Shown in pieces: positions 1-10,177 of a stretch of 64,000 nucleotides of DNA. The translations under genes and the position numbers were made by a program. Where the stretch lies: assembly GCA_029567505.1 (NCBI GenBank), contig JAKPXO010000221.1, forward strand, positions 8,166-72,165, written 5' to 3'. Source of the stretch: Acidobacteriota bacterium. GTDB taxonomy: Bacteria; Acidobacteriota; Thermoanaerobaculia; UBA5066. Every line of letters begins with the position of its first letter. The stretch's first letter is position 1. The notes beneath the pieces were generated by a model. It was not told where the DNA came from, searched no databases, and saw only the letters and a list, made by a program, of their open reading frames with translations.

Positions 1-682
1 GGAAGCAGCCGGCGAGCGCCTTCGCCTTCTCGGGGGAGCGGTTCGTGAACGTGATCTGTTTCACGCCGTCGTCCGCGAGGAGACGCGCCGTCAGCTCCAC
101 GGTCTCGCCGGCACCGAGGAGGAGAACTTTGCAGTCGGAGACCGACTCGAAGATCCGGCCGACGAGCGAGAGCGCGATGCCGGGAACGGAGACGGGGCGC
201 GCCCCGAGCGTCGTCTCGGTCCTCACGCGCTTGCCGCACTCGAGGGCCGACTGGAAGAGGCGGCTCGTGACGGCACGGGCGGTCCCCGCCTCTGCGGCGC
301 GCCGGTGCGCCTCGCGGATCTGGCCGAGGATCTGGGCCTCGCCCAGGACCATCGAGTCGAGCCCCGACGCGACGCGGAACAGGTGCCGCACCGTCGCCTC
401 CCCCTGTCCGGAGAACGCCTTCTCGCGCAGGACGCTCGCCTCGACGCCGTGGAAGCGGGAGAAGAACTCGGCGAGGGCGTCGATGCTGCCTGGAGCTTCG
501 GCGACCCCGTAGACCTCGGCCCGGTTGCAGGTCGAGACGACCGCCCCCTCGGTCAGGATCCGCTCGCGGAAGAGACCCTCGAGCGCTTCCCGAGCCTTCT
601 CCGGAGTGAAGGCGAGCCGCGCCCTCAGGTCGAGGTCCGCCCCCTGGTGGCTCCAGCCGACGAAGACGATCTCGGGAGGCAT
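1..682 (-). CDS. hemA: glutamyl-tRNA reductase, N-terminal ~227 codons (gene continues past window start)
   Basis: Reverse-strand translation from ATG at 680-682 gives MPPEIVFVGWSHQGADLDLRARLAFTPEKAREALEGL... This matches the HemA N-terminus (G-x-S-H-x-x-A-P...RE) and the following NAD(P)-binding region. It is absent from the ORF track only because it runs off the window edge. Confidence 0.8.
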   Translation of the reverse strand, partial: MPPEIVFVGWSHQGADLDLRARLAFTPEKAREALEGLFRERILTEGAVVSTCNRAEVYGVAEAPGSIDALAEFFSRFHGVEASVLREKAFSGQGEATVRHLFRVASGLDSMVLGEAQILGQIREAHRRAAEAGTARAVTSRLFQSALECGKRVRTETTLGARPVSVPGIALSLVGRIFESVSDCKVLLLGAGETVELTARLLADDGVKQITFTNRSPEKAKALAGCF

Positions 683-1524
683 CAGGCGAACGAGTGGACC
701 TTCGAGAAGAAGAGGTTTACGGCGGTATAGGAGAGGAGGACGAGGACGAAGCCGGCGATCGAGAGCTTCGCCGTCGACCCGGGGGCCGCGCCGCGGTGAG
801 CCCTCACGAAGACCCAGAGGTAGAAGGCCAGCGTCACGACCGATCCCCAGACCTTGGCGTCGAGGAGCCAGTCGGGGTGCTGCTCGTGCCAGACGCGATA
901 GGCCCAGTAGAACCCCATCGTCAGGCCGGTCGCGAGCGAGACGACGCCGACGCCGATCGAGGTCCGCGCCGCGCGCTCCAGGTAGCTCAGGGACGGGAGG
1001 CGCGAGACGGGGCCGTTCAGGACGTGCCGCTTGCTCCGAAGCCGCCGGCCGAGGACGAGGTAGAGGAGCGAGAGGGCGCACGCCACCGCGAACGCCGAGT
1101 AGCTCAGCATGTTGAGCGTGACGTGAAACGCGAAGATCGACCCTCGCATCTCCGGCGGCGGAGGCGTCCCTCCGGGGAGGAGAAACGAATGGAGGAGGAA
1201 GAAGAGCGAGACGGGCATCAGGAAGGCGCCGAGGGAGCGGTCGTGGTGCCGCGTCTCCAGGATCAGGCTCATGGCCGCCAGGAAGAGGCCGAACAGCGCC
1301 ATCGAGCCGAGGAGGTCGCTGTACGGGACGGTCTTCAGGGCGAGAGACCGGACGTAGAGGAAGACGAAGTTGAAGACCGCTCCCGCGGCGGCCAGGAGCG
1401 TCGCCAGGCGCCCGGCGGAGACCCGAGGGTGCCGGAGCCAGGTGACGTAGAGGAGCGTCGCTCCCCCGTAGCAGACGAGGGCGAGGAGGCCGAAGAGGAG
1501 GTTGGAGAGGCCGGTTCCGGACAT
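682..1524 (-). CDS. cytochrome c assembly protein family membrane protein (CcsA/ResC-like; HemX-like partner of hemA)
   Basis: 280 aa, about 8 TM helices, WGxxWxWD-like motif (WAYRVWHEQHPDWLLDAKVWGS). Its TGA stop overlaps the hemA ATG (TGATG), giving hemX-hemA-like synteny. Confidence 0.65.
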   Translation of the reverse strand: MSGTGLSNLLFGLLALVCYGGATLLYVTWLRHPRVSAGRLATLLAAAGAVFNFVFLYVRSLALKTVPYSDLLGSMALFGLFLAAMSLILETRHHDRSLGAFLMPVSLFFLLHSFLLPGGTPPPPEMRGSIFAFHVTLNMLSYSAFAVACALSLLYLVLGRRLRSKRHVLNGPVSRLPSLSYLERAARTSIGVGVVSLATGLTMGFYWAYRVWHEQHPDWLLDAKVWGSVVTLAFYLWVFVRAHRGAAPGSTAKLSIAGFVLVLLSYTAVNLFFSKVHSFA

Positions 1525-1536
1525 CCGAACCGTTGA

Positions 1537-2730
1537 TTATAAGGACCCCTGCGGTCCTCTTCGCGAGAGCGCCCTTCGGAAGCCGCGCGCGGCGGCGATC
1601 GCCTCGTCGGCCCCGGCCCCCCGGGCGACCAGATGGCCCATCTTCCGCTTCGTCGCGACGCCGCTCTTCCCGTAGAGGACGACCTCCAGGAGGTCCGGGC
1701 TCCCCTCCCAGGCCGAGAGGTCGAGGCGTCCTTCGGTCCCCTGGGCCTGCCAGACCTCACCGAGGAGGTTCGCCATGCAGAAGGCGCCGGCCGAGACGAG
1801 CCGCGGCGGGACGAGCGGTATTCCGAGGAGGACGCGCGCGAGGGCGTCGAACTGACTGTAGGTACAAGCCTTGCGCGTGACGTGCCCCGAGTTGTGGGGG
1901 CGGGGCGCGAGCTCGTTCGTGAAGACACGGACCTCCGCCGGACGGTGGCGCGTCGACCGCCCGACGAAGAGCTCGGTCGTCAGGAGGCCGGTGACCCCGA
2001 GCGCCCGCGCCGCCGCCAGAGCGATCGACTTCGCCTCGGCCTCGAGGTCCTCCGGGAGGCGCGCCGGAACGAGCGTCACGTCGAGGACGTGGTCGCGATG
2101 GACGTTCTCGAAGAGAGGAAAGACGACCTCGTCCCCGCTCCTCTCGCGCGCGACGATGGCGCTCGCTTCCAGGGCGATCTCGATCGGCTCTTCGAGAACC
2201 CATCCGCCGGACTCGAGGGCGGCGCGAGCGGGCGATGCGAGGAGCGCCTCGAGCTCGGCCTCCGACGCGAGCTTCCACTGCCCCTTCCCGTCGTAGCCGC
2301 CGCGGGCGGTCTTCAGAATCGCAGGGAGCCCGAACGCTCGGGCCACCGGGCGCAGGTCGTCCGCGTCCCGCCCGGCGGCAAAGGCGACGTGCGGCAGACC
2401 GTGGGAGCGGAAGAACTCCTTCTCGAACGCCCGGTCCTGCGTCGTCCGGAGGACGTCGAGCGACGGGGCGAGCTTCGCGAGGCCCGAGACGCGGGCGAGC
2501 CCCTCGGTCTCGACGTTCTCGAACTCGTACGTCACGACGTCGCAGGCGTCGAAGAGGTCCTGAAGGCGGGCCGAGTCGCTCCACGGTGCGGTCACGGCCC
2601 GCGCGGCGCGCCGGAGCGCCGGCGCGTTCGGGTCGGGGTCGAAGACGTGGACGTCCGCGCCGAGGTCCTGGAGCGACGAGGCGAGCATCGCACCGAGCTG
2701 CCCGCCGCCGAGGACGCCGACCGTTGTCAC
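1537..2730 (-). CDS. purK: N5-carboxyaminoimidazole ribonucleotide synthase (ATP-grasp)
   Basis: 397 aa; N-terminus [14 protein letters not shown] and ATP-grasp core; overlaps purE by 4 nt. Confidence 0.9.
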   Translation of the reverse strand: MTTVGVLGGGQLGAMLASSLQDLGADVHVFDPDPNAPALRRAARAVTAPWSDSARLQDLFDACDVVTYEFENVETEGLARVSGLAKLAPSLDVLRTTQDRAFEKEFFRSHGLPHVAFAAGRDADDLRPVARAFGLPAILKTARGGYDGKGQWKLASEAELEALLASPARAALESGGWVLEEPIEIALEASAIVARERSGDEVVFPLFENVHRDHVLDVTLVPARLPEDLEAEAKSIALAAARALGVTGLLTTELFVGRSTRHRPAEVRVFTNELAPRPHNSGHVTRKACTYSQFDALARVLLGIPLVPPRLVSAGAFCMANLLGEVWQAQGTEGRLDLSAWEGSPDLLEVVLYGKSGVATKRKMGHLVARGAGADEAIAAARGFRRALSRRGPQGSL

Positions 2731-3242
2731 GGGACGGTCCCGCCTCGTACCCGCCGGACCTCCTCGTTCCCCGCCCGGGCCTTCTCCCGGAGCAGCTCCC
2801 GGTGAGTCTCGAGCTTCGCTGCGAGCTGCGGGTCCGAGAGCGCCAGGATCTTCACCGCGAAGAGCCCGGCGTTCGTCGCTCCCGCCGAGCCGATCGCGAA
2901 CGTCGCGGTCGGGACGCCTCCCGGCATCTGGACGATCGAGAGGAGGCTGTCGAGGCCCGAGAGGGCCCGGCTCCGGACCGGGACGCCGAGGACGGGGAGC
3001 GTCGTCAGCGCCGAGACCATGCCGGGGAGGTGCGCCGCCCCCCCCGCTCCCGCAATGATCACCTTCAAACCCCGCGCCGCCGCTCCCTTCGCGTAGTCGA
3101 ACATCTCCTCGGGCATCCGGTGCGCGGAGACGACCGAGGTCTCGTACGGCACGCCGAAGTCGCGGAGGACCTCCTCCGCCTTCGCCATCGTCTCGTGGTC
3201 CGAGGCGCTCCCCATGACGATCCCGACGAGCGGCGTGGACAT
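2727..3242 (-). CDS. purE: N5-CAIR mutase
   Basis: 171 aa; [14 protein letters not shown]...[24 protein letters not shown], classic PurE. Confidence 0.9.
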   Translation of the reverse strand: MSTPLVGIVMGSASDHETMAKAEEVLRDFGVPYETSVVSAHRMPEEMFDYAKGAAARGLKVIIAGAGGAAHLPGMVSALTTLPVLGVPVRSRALSGLDSLLSIVQMPGGVPTATFAIGSAGATNAGLFAVKILALSDPQLAAKLETHRELLREKARAGNEEVRRVRGGTVP

Positions 3243-3264
3243 CTCTTCGGCCTCCGTCCCCAGC

Positions 3265-4698
3265 TTAGCGCGCGACCCGGAGGGCGGCGGCCACGGTCTC
3301 GAGGCGGACTCCCCGCGAGGCCTTCACGAGGACCACGTCTCCAGGACGGACCGCCTCGACGACGCGAGGCGCCGCCGCCTCGCCGGTCGCGAAGAAGGCC
3401 GCGGGGATCCCCGCGGCCTCGGCCGCACGGGCGAACCGCTGCGCCTCGCCGTTCACGGCGACGAGCGCCGCGGGCCGGGCTTCCACGGCGGCCGCCGCGA
3501 CCACGTCGTGCTCGGCGGGGGCGAGCTCCCCGAGCTCGCGCATCTCGCCGAGGACGAGGACGAGCCTTCGTCCGAGCGCGTCGGCGAGCTCGCGCGCCGT
3601 CTTCAGCGAGGAGAGCGCCGAGCCGGTGTTCGAGTTGTAAGTGTCGTCGAGGAGGACGGTCCCGTCGGCGAGCGTCTCCGGCGCGAATCGGCCGTCCTTC
3701 ACGGACGCGACCCGGAGGAGCGCCTCGCGGAGCGCCTCGGGGGGCGCGTCGACTCCGAGGAGGCCGCGCACGGCGGCGAGCGCCGCGAGCGCCGCGTAGG
3801 CCCCCGCCTCCCCGGCGAGGGGGACCTCGTACGCGACCGCCTCCGCCCCCTCCCGGGCGACCTGGAGGACGCTGCCGTCGAGCCCCCGGACCTCGCGCGC
3901 GAGGGCTCGCACGTCGCAGCTCTCCCCGAAGCCGTAGAGGATCCGGCGTTCCCCGGGAGCGCGGGCGATCTGCGCCGCGACGCGCGGGTCGTCGCCGTTG
4001 CCGATCGCGAAGCCGTCGGCCCCGAGCGCGGCGAAGAGGTCCCCCTCCTCGTCCGCGACGTCCTCGAGCGTCCCGATCCCCTCCGTGTGCTCCGGGGCGA
4101 TCAGCGTGACGAGCGCCGCGTCGGGCCGCGCGATCCGGGCCAGCCGCGCGATCTCCCCGCGGTGGCTCGTCCCGACCTCGACGGCGGCGAGGTGGTGGTG
4201 CTCGTCGAGGAGGAGGAGCGTCATCGGGAGGCCGACGTCGTTGTTCAGGTTTCCGGGTGTCATCTGGACCTCGCCGGGGCGGAGGACGTCGAGGAGCGCG
4301 GCGACCGCGCGCGTCGTCGTCGTCTTGCCGGCCGAGCCGCCGACCGCGAGGACCTTCCTCCCGTCGGTCGAGGCCCAGCGGTCGCGGTGAAACCGGGCGA
4401 GGTCGCCGAGGGCGACCCGCGTGTCCGGAACGCGGATGACGGCGCCGTTCGGCGGCAGGTCGCCGGCCGTCGAGATCAGGACGCCGCCCGCGCCGGCGGC
4501 GGTCGCCTGGGGCAGGAAGCGGTGCCCGTCGAACGTCTCGCCGCGAAGCGCGACGTAGAGGGCGCCAGGGGCGAGCGTCCGGGTGTCCGTCGAGACCCCG
4601 GCGAGGGGCCGACCGTCGCGGACGAGGACGCCGCCGGTGGCGCGGGCGACCTCGGCGGGGGTGAATCGGGCGGTGTTCTGGGGGATCGGCGTAGCCAT
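3265..4698 (-). CDS. murF: UDP-N-acetylmuramoyl-tripeptide--D-alanyl-D-alanine ligase
   Basis: Mur ligase motifs (GGSAGKTTT; central and C-terminal Mur domains). The ORF extends to 4809, but the start at 4698 ([23 protein letters not shown]) fits the MurF N-terminus and avoids overlap with hemE. Confidence 0.85.
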   Translation of the reverse strand: MATPIPQNTARFTPAEVARATGGVLVRDGRPLAGVSTDTRTLAPGALYVALRGETFDGHRFLPQATAAGAGGVLISTAGDLPPNGAVIRVPDTRVALGDLARFHRDRWASTDGRKVLAVGGSAGKTTTTRAVAALLDVLRPGEVQMTPGNLNNDVGLPMTLLLLDEHHHLAAVEVGTSHRGEIARLARIARPDAALVTLIAPEHTEGIGTLEDVADEEGDLFAALGADGFAIGNGDDPRVAAQIARAPGERRILYGFGESCDVRALAREVRGLDGSVLQVAREGAEAVAYEVPLAGEAGAYAALAALAAVRGLLGVDAPPEALREALLRVASVKDGRFAPETLADGTVLLDDTYNSNTGSALSSLKTARELADALGRRLVLVLGEMRELGELAPAEHDVVAAAAVEARPAALVAVNGEAQRFARAAEAAGIPAAFFATGEAAAPRVVEAVRPGDVVLVKASRGVRLETVAAALRVAR

Positions 4699-4726
4699 CG
4701 AGGGGCCGATGCTAACCTCCCGCGCC

Positions 4727-5764
4727 ATGTCGGTTCCCGGCCCCTCCCGCCAGCGCTTCGTCGACGCCGCCTTCGGCCGCCCCGTGGACGTGCCCCCCGT
4801 CTGGCTCATGCGCCAGGCTGGCCGCTACCTTCCGGAGTACCGCGAGGTGCGCAAGCGCCTCGCGTTCCTCGACCTCTGCGCCGACGTGCCGTCGGCCGTC
4901 GAGGTCTCGATGCAGCCCTTCCGGCGCTTCGGGATGGACGGCGTCATCCTCTTCTCCGACATCCTGATCCCCCTTCCGCCGATGGGGATCGAGGTGAAGC
5001 TCGACGAAGGGGGGCCGAAGCTCCCGACGCCGGTCCGGACGGCGGCGCAGGTCGAGGCGCTCCGCGGGTTCGACCCGACCGTCGGAACCGCGTTCGTGCC
5101 GGCGATCCTCCGCGAGCTGAAGAAGGAGGTCGCGGGGCGCGCGGCCGTCATCGGCTTCTGCGGCGCGCCCTGGACCCTCGCGACGTACGCGGTCGAGGGG
5201 GGCGGAAGCAAGTCCTTCCAGCACACGAAGACGATGATGTGGCGCGAGCCGAAGCTCCTCGAGGCGCTCCTCGGGAAGCTCGCGGACGCGGTCGGCGACT
5301 ACCTCGCCGCGCAGGTCGAGGCCGGCGCCGACGTCGTCCAGGTCTTCGACTCCTGGTCCGGCGAGCTGTCGAAGGCCGACTACGACCGCTTCGCGCGGCC
5401 CGCGACGGAGCGGCTCCTCGCCCGCCTCCCGAGGAGGGGTGAGGTCCCCGTCATCCACTTCGCCTCCGGCTCGGCGCACCTCATCGACTCGTACGCGGAG
5501 ATGGCCTCGGACGTGATCTCCGTCGACTGGAAGCTCCCGCTCGACGAGGCGCGTCGAAGGGCCTGCGGCAAGGCGCTCCAGGGGAACGTCGACCCGGGCG
5601 TCCTCCTCGGCTCGCCCGAGGACGTGAAGGCCGCGGTCCGCACCGCGAGGGCCGCAGCGGGCGAGGGCGGGCACGTCGTGAACCTCGGCCACGGCATCCT
5701 CCCGCCGACGCCGCCCGAGAACGTCGCCGCCTTCGTCGAAGCCGCCCGCGAATCCCGGGCCTGA
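4727..5764 (+). CDS. hemE: uroporphyrinogen decarboxylase
   Basis: PVWLMRQAGRYLPEYRE signature and full-length URO-D fold. An internal ATG at 4727 was chosen over the upstream ORF start at 4583. Confidence 0.9.
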   Translation: MSVPGPSRQRFVDAAFGRPVDVPPVWLMRQAGRYLPEYREVRKRLAFLDLCADVPSAVEVSMQPFRRFGMDGVILFSDILIPLPPMGIEVKLDEGGPKLPTPVRTAAQVEALRGFDPTVGTAFVPAILRELKKEVAGRAAVIGFCGAPWTLATYAVEGGGSKSFQHTKTMMWREPKLLEALLGKLADAVGDYLAAQVEAGADVVQVFDSWSGELSKADYDRFARPATERLLARLPRRGEVPVIHFASGSAHLIDSYAEMASDVISVDWKLPLDEARRRACGKALQGNVDPGVLLGSPEDVKAAVRTARAAAGEGGHVVNLGHGILPPTPPENVAAFVEAARESRA

Positions 5765-5771
5765 CGCCCCT

Positions 5772-7634
5772 TCAGCGGAACGGCTTCGGAAGGCTCGCCT
5801 GCGTCCGCGGCGGCTGCTCCGACCGCTCCGGAGTCGCCGCGGGCGTCGCGGCCGGGCCGACCGTCCGAACGACTGGCTGCGTCCCTCCGCGGCGCGCTTC
5901 CCGGAGTGCCGCCTCCGCCGCGGTGACGACCGTCCGGAGCGTCGGTGCCCCGCCGCCGCCCCAGGAGGCGACCCCGGCGACGAGCGCGGCGGGGGCCACG
6001 AGGATCACCCCCCCGCGCGCATCGTGCCCGGCGATCCCGCCGGCCGAAAGGTCCTCCGGGTCGTAGAACTCCCCCACCGTCGAGGCGATCCCCTGGACGG
6101 CCCGGCGCAGCGTCTCGACGACCCTCTCGGGCGACAGCAGGAAGCCGAAGTCGTCGGCTCCGTAGTGGGCGAGGAACGAGCCCGGCTCCTCGGTCGCGAG
6201 GGTTCGGAGGACGGCCGCGACGTGCGCGAGGAGCCGGTCGCCACGCCGGATGCCGTACCGGTCGTTGAACGCCCGCAGCCGGAGGATGTTGAGCCGCGCG
6301 AGCGCGAAGGACGCTCCCCGCGTCAGGCGCCGGTCCACCTCCGCCTCGAGCCGGCCCCGGCCGGGGAGGTCGGTGAGCGGATGCGACTCCAGCCCGTTCT
6401 CGACGTAGAGCCTCGCGAAGAGACCGAGGAGATCGTCGAGGCGCAGGAGGCCGCGGTAGACACGCCCCGGCCCGACGACGACGATCGGCTCGAAGCGCCG
6501 CGCACGCGGCCTCCGCGCGACGAACGCCGCGACCTCCTCGACGGGCGTTCCCTCCTCGATCTGGTCCCAGGGCGCGTCGGCGATCGCGGCGGCGACGGTG
6601 TCGGCCCCGGAGCCGGGCGAGACGAACCGGAACGTCTCCGCGCGGGTCCGCGCCAGGAGACCGACCGCCCGGCCGCGCTGGAGGACCGGGACGACGTCGA
6701 GATCGGACTCGGCCCGGAAGAGGTCGTCCGCGGCTGCCAGGGGCGCCTCGACCGCCAGCGTCGGCCCGTGGGAGACGGCGGCGGCGATCTCGCCCCGGCC
6801 GTGGCCGCCCGCGGCTTCGACCGTCAGGTCCTCCGCCAGGAACGCCTCTTCCGGCGCCCCCGGCCGGGCGAGGAGGAACCCCTGCAGGAGGTCGACCCCG
6901 GCGCCGAGGCACGTCTCGAGGTCGTCCGGCGTCTCGATCCCCTCGGCGATGACGCCGCAGTTGATCCGGTGACAGAGCGAGACGACCGACTCGACGAGGA
7001 TCCGCTTTCGGGCGTGGACGAAGACGTTCTCGACGTAGACGCGGTCGAGCTTCACGAAGTCGGGGGCGAGGTCGGTGATCATCCGGAGGTTCGTGTAGCC
7101 GGAGCCGAAGTCGTCGAGCGCGATCCGGAACCCCTCCTCGCGATACGGCTCGAGCGCGCGGGCGAGCGCGGCGAAGTCGACGATCCGGCTGATTTGGCCG
7201 AGCTCCAGGATGAGCTGGGAGGGAACGCGCCCGTGAGCCACCGCCCGCTCGACGAGCCAGCGGGCGCCGAGGCGGGAGTCCGAGAGGGAGGTCGCGAGGA
7301 GGTTCAGGAAGACGAGGCGGTCCCCGGCGAACGGCTCGGCGTCCCGGAGGGCTCGTTGGATCGCCGCGGCCTCGAGGTCTCCTCCGAGCCCCTCGGCGAG
7401 CGCAACGGTGAACGCCTCGCCGGGGCCCGAGAACCCGGAGCCGGCGGGGATGCGCAGCAGCGCCTCGCACCCCTCGAGCTCTCCGGTCCGGGCCCGGAAG
7501 ACCGGCTGGAAGGCCGTCTCGAGCCGGCCGGGATCGCAAAGGGCCCGGAGGAGCCCGCGGGCCGCCTCCGACCGGACCGGCTCGGAGGGCGGGACGTTCA
7601 CCCAGGAGAACGGAGGGCGGCTCTCTTCCGGCAT
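5772..7634 (-). CDS. c-di-GMP signalling protein: N-terminal EAL phosphodiesterase, CBS pair, C-terminal degenerate GGDEF (GADDF)
   Basis: 620 aa from ATG 7634. EAL motifs are intact (EALLR, DDFGSGYTNL, IAEGIETxxQG). The central CBS-pair-like segment is DLDVVPVLQRGRAVGLLART... / EPIVVVGPGRVYRGLLRLDDLLG. The C-terminal RYGxxxGD ... HYGADDFGF is a GGDEF-like fold with a degenerate signature. Confidence 0.8.
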   Translation of the reverse strand: MPEESRPPFSWVNVPPSEPVRSEAARGLLRALCDPGRLETAFQPVFRARTGELEGCEALLRIPAGSGFSGPGEAFTVALAEGLGGDLEAAAIQRALRDAEPFAGDRLVFLNLLATSLSDSRLGARWLVERAVAHGRVPSQLILELGQISRIVDFAALARALEPYREEGFRIALDDFGSGYTNLRMITDLAPDFVKLDRVYVENVFVHARKRILVESVVSLCHRINCGVIAEGIETPDDLETCLGAGVDLLQGFLLARPGAPEEAFLAEDLTVEAAGGHGRGEIAAAVSHGPTLAVEAPLAAADDLFRAESDLDVVPVLQRGRAVGLLARTRAETFRFVSPGSGADTVAAAIADAPWDQIEEGTPVEEVAAFVARRPRARRFEPIVVVGPGRVYRGLLRLDDLLGLFARLYVENGLESHPLTDLPGRGRLEAEVDRRLTRGASFALARLNILRLRAFNDRYGIRRGDRLLAHVAAVLRTLATEEPGSFLAHYGADDFGFLLSPERVVETLRRAVQGIASTVGEFYDPEDLSAGGIAGHDARGGVILVAPAALVAGVASWGGGGAPTLRTVVTAAEAALREARRGGTQPVVRTVGPAATPAATPERSEQPPRTQASLPKPFR

Positions 7635-7790
7635 GGTCGTGCGCCTTTCCCGGCGTCCCCGTCGCCGATGGGGAATTCTAGGCCGACCGGTCCGTCCCCG
7701 ACGCGCGCCGCCCGCGACCGTACCCTCCCGTCCGTGTAATCTCCGCTCGTGCCCGCGATCCCGATCCGCCTCCAGGGCGAGACGCTCCCG

Positions 7791-9179
7791 ATGACGACGG
7801 AGCTGCTCTCCAAGTACAACGTCCAGGGACCCCGCTACACCTCCTACCCGACGGCGCCCGAGTGGACGGACACGATCGGGCCCGCCGACTTCGAGGCCGC
7901 CTGCGAGCGTGCCAACGCGGCCGGGCGGCCGATCTCGCTCTACGTCCACCTCCCGTTCTGCGACGAGCAGTGCTGGTTCTGCGGCTGTTTCATGAAGGTC
8001 GTGCCGAAGCCCGACCGTCAGGGAGAGGAGCGGGGGGAGATCGAGGGGTACCTCGCCGACCTCCACCGGGAGATCGACCTCCTCGCTGCCCGCGTCGACC
8101 GGTCGCGCCCCGTCGTCCAGGTCCACTGGGGGGGAGGCACCCCGACCTACCTGACGCCGAAGCAGGCCGACGCCCTCGCGGAGCACCTCCTCGCGGCGTT
8201 CCGTCCGGCGCCGGGCGCCGAGATCTCGGTCGAGGTCGACCCGCGCGTCACGACGAGAGAGCACCTGGCGGTCCTCCGCCGCCACGGCTGGAACCGGGTC
8301 TCGATGGGCGTCCAGGACTTCGACCCCGAGGTCCAGGAGCTGGTGAACCGCGTCCAACCGTTCGAGATGACGAAGGCGCTCGTCGACGCCTCGCGCGAGC
8401 TCGGCTACGAGTCGCTCAACCTCGACCTCATCTACGGCCTCCCGGGGCAGAAGCTCGCCGGCTTCTCGCGAAGCGTCGAGCAGGTGCTGACGCTCCGGCC
8501 CGACCGGATCGCGATGTACTCCTACGCCCACGTCCCGTGGCTGAAGAAGCCGCAGCGCGTCCTCGCCGCGCACCTGCCGGAAGGGACGGAGAAGTTCGCG
8601 ATCTTCGTCTCCGGGATCGAGAAGTTCTCCGAGGCGGGCTACGTCTACATCGGGATGGACCACTTCGCCCTGCCGCACGACGAGATCGCGCGCGCGCAGG
8701 CGGAGCGGACGCTCTGGCGGAACTTCCAGGGCTACACGACGCACGCGGGCGTCGACCTCTACGCCCTCGGCGTGTCGGCGATCGCCCAGATCGACGACTG
8801 CTACGTCCAGAACACGAAGGACTACGCCGCCTACCACGCCGCCTGCGCCGAGGGGCGCCCCTCGACGATCAAGGGGTGGCGGCTGACGAGCGAGGACCAC
8901 CTCCGGCGGACGGTCATCACGAACCTCCTCTGCCACTGCGTCATCGACAAGCGCGAGATCGCCCGGCAGTTCGGCCTCGCCTCCTTCGACGAGACGTTCG
9001 CGCGCGAGGTCGCGGCGCTCCCGGCGTTCGTCGCGGACGGCCTCGTCGAGCCCCGGACGGACGAGGTCCGCGTCACGCCGCTCGGCCGGATCTTCATCCG
9101 GAACGTCGCGATGCTCTTCGACCCCTACCTCCTGAGGCGTCCGGCCGACCAGCCGAAGGTCTTCTCCAGGACGCTCTGA
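7791..9179 (+). CDS. hemN: oxygen-independent coproporphyrinogen III oxidase (radical SAM)
   Basis: CDEQCWFCGC is the four-Cys HemN motif (CX3CX2CXC); about 462 aa from the ATG at 7791 (ORF may start at 7749). Confidence 0.9.
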   Translation: MTTELLSKYNVQGPRYTSYPTAPEWTDTIGPADFEAACERANAAGRPISLYVHLPFCDEQCWFCGCFMKVVPKPDRQGEERGEIEGYLADLHREIDLLAARVDRSRPVVQVHWGGGTPTYLTPKQADALAEHLLAAFRPAPGAEISVEVDPRVTTREHLAVLRRHGWNRVSMGVQDFDPEVQELVNRVQPFEMTKALVDASRELGYESLNLDLIYGLPGQKLAGFSRSVEQVLTLRPDRIAMYSYAHVPWLKKPQRVLAAHLPEGTEKFAIFVSGIEKFSEAGYVYIGMDHFALPHDEIARAQAERTLWRNFQGYTTHAGVDLYALGVSAIAQIDDCYVQNTKDYAAYHAACAEGRPSTIKGWRLTSEDHLRRTVITNLLCHCVIDKREIARQFGLASFDETFAREVAALPAFVADGLVEPRTDEVRVTPLGRIFIRNVAMLFDPYLLRRPADQPKVFSRTL

Positions 9180-10177
9180 TGGCCGCCGGGAAGACCGGGA
9201 TCCTCCTCGTCCAGCTCGGCGGTCCGACGAAGCGGGAGGAGCTGAAGGGCTTCCTCTACCGACTCTTCGCCGACCCGGAGATCCTCGGCATCCCCTTCGC
9301 GCCGCTCCGGAAGGCGATCGCCTGGACGATCGCGACGACGCGCGAAGCCGAGTCGGCGAAGACGTACGAGAAGATCGGCTGGTCGCCGATCCGCTGCTGG
9401 ACGGAGAGGTCGGCGATGCTCCTCGAGGCGGCCCTCGCGCCGACGTGGCCCGGCGAGCCACCTCTCGTCCGAGCCGCGATGACGTGCAGCGCCCCGCTCG
9501 TCGAGGACGTCCTGCCCGACCTCCGCGCCGCGGGCGTGACGCGCCTCTTCGTCCTCCCGCTCTACCCCCAGTACTCGGTGACGACGACGCGGAGCACGTT
9601 CGCGCGCGTCGACCAGGCGCTCTCGCGGATGGGGTGGTCGCCCGAGAAGGCGCACGCGCCGGACTCCTGGTACGCCGAGCCGAGGTTCCTGGACGCGCAC
9701 GCGGAGAGGATCCTCGCCGCGGCGGCCACGCTCCCCGACCCCGACCCGGCGGCGACGGTCCTCCTCTACTCGGCCCACTCGCTCCCCGTCTCGACGGTAG
9801 AGAAGAAGAAGGACCCGTACCCGAAGCAGATCGAGGAGTGCTGCGCGCTCGTCGACGAGCGCCTCGGCAGGCGCTTCCGCTCGCGCCTCGGCTACCAGAG
9901 CAAGCTCGGTCCGGTCGCCTGGCTCGGACCGGCGACCGGCGAGGTCCTCGCCCGGCTCGCGAGCGAGGGGGTGAAGCAGGTCGTCGTCTGCCCGATCGCC
10001 TTCGTCTCCGACCACGTCGAGACGCTCTACGAGATCCGGATGCTCTTCGCCGAGGAGGCGAGGGCGGCCGGCATCACGCACTACGTCGCCGCGGACGGCC
10101 TGAACGACCACCCCGCGTTCGTCGACGCGCTCGCCGACGTCTGCCGCAAGGCGCTCCTCGCGCCGGGAGCTCGTTGA
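9179..10177 (+). CDS. hemH: ferrochelatase
   Basis: 332 aa; ILLVQLGGP...LYPQYS...SAHSLP motifs; its ATG overlaps the hemN stop (TGATG). Confidence 0.9.
   Translation: MAAGKTGILLVQLGGPTKREELKGFLYRLFADPEILGIPFAPLRKAIAWTIATTREAESAKTYEKIGWSPIRCWTERSAMLLEAALAPTWPGEPPLVRAAMTCSAPLVEDVLPDLRAAGVTRLFVLPLYPQYSVTTTRSTFARVDQALSRMGWSPEKAHAPDSWYAEPRFLDAHAERILAAAATLPDPDPAATVLLYSAHSLPVSTVEKKKDPYPKQIEECCALVDERLGRRFRSRLGYQSKLGPVAWLGPATGEVLARLASEGVKQVVVCPIAFVSDHVETLYEIRMLFAEEARAAGITHYVAADGLNDHPAFVDALADVCRKALLAPGAR

Noticed and set aside
2235-5442. Long plus-strand ORFs (2235-4109, 624 aa; 3214-5442, 742 aa) full of Arg/Pro/Gly/Ala.
   Set aside because: They lie antisense to purE, murF and hemE. The composition is a typical high-GC antisense artefact, with no motifs.
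5380-7539. 719-aa minus ORF, plus the 5772-9461 1229-aa minus ORF upstream part.
   Set aside because: 5380-7539 is an Arg-rich alternative frame of the EAL-GGDEF gene. The 5772-9461 ORF is real only from ATG 7634, and the rest is antisense to hemN and hemH.
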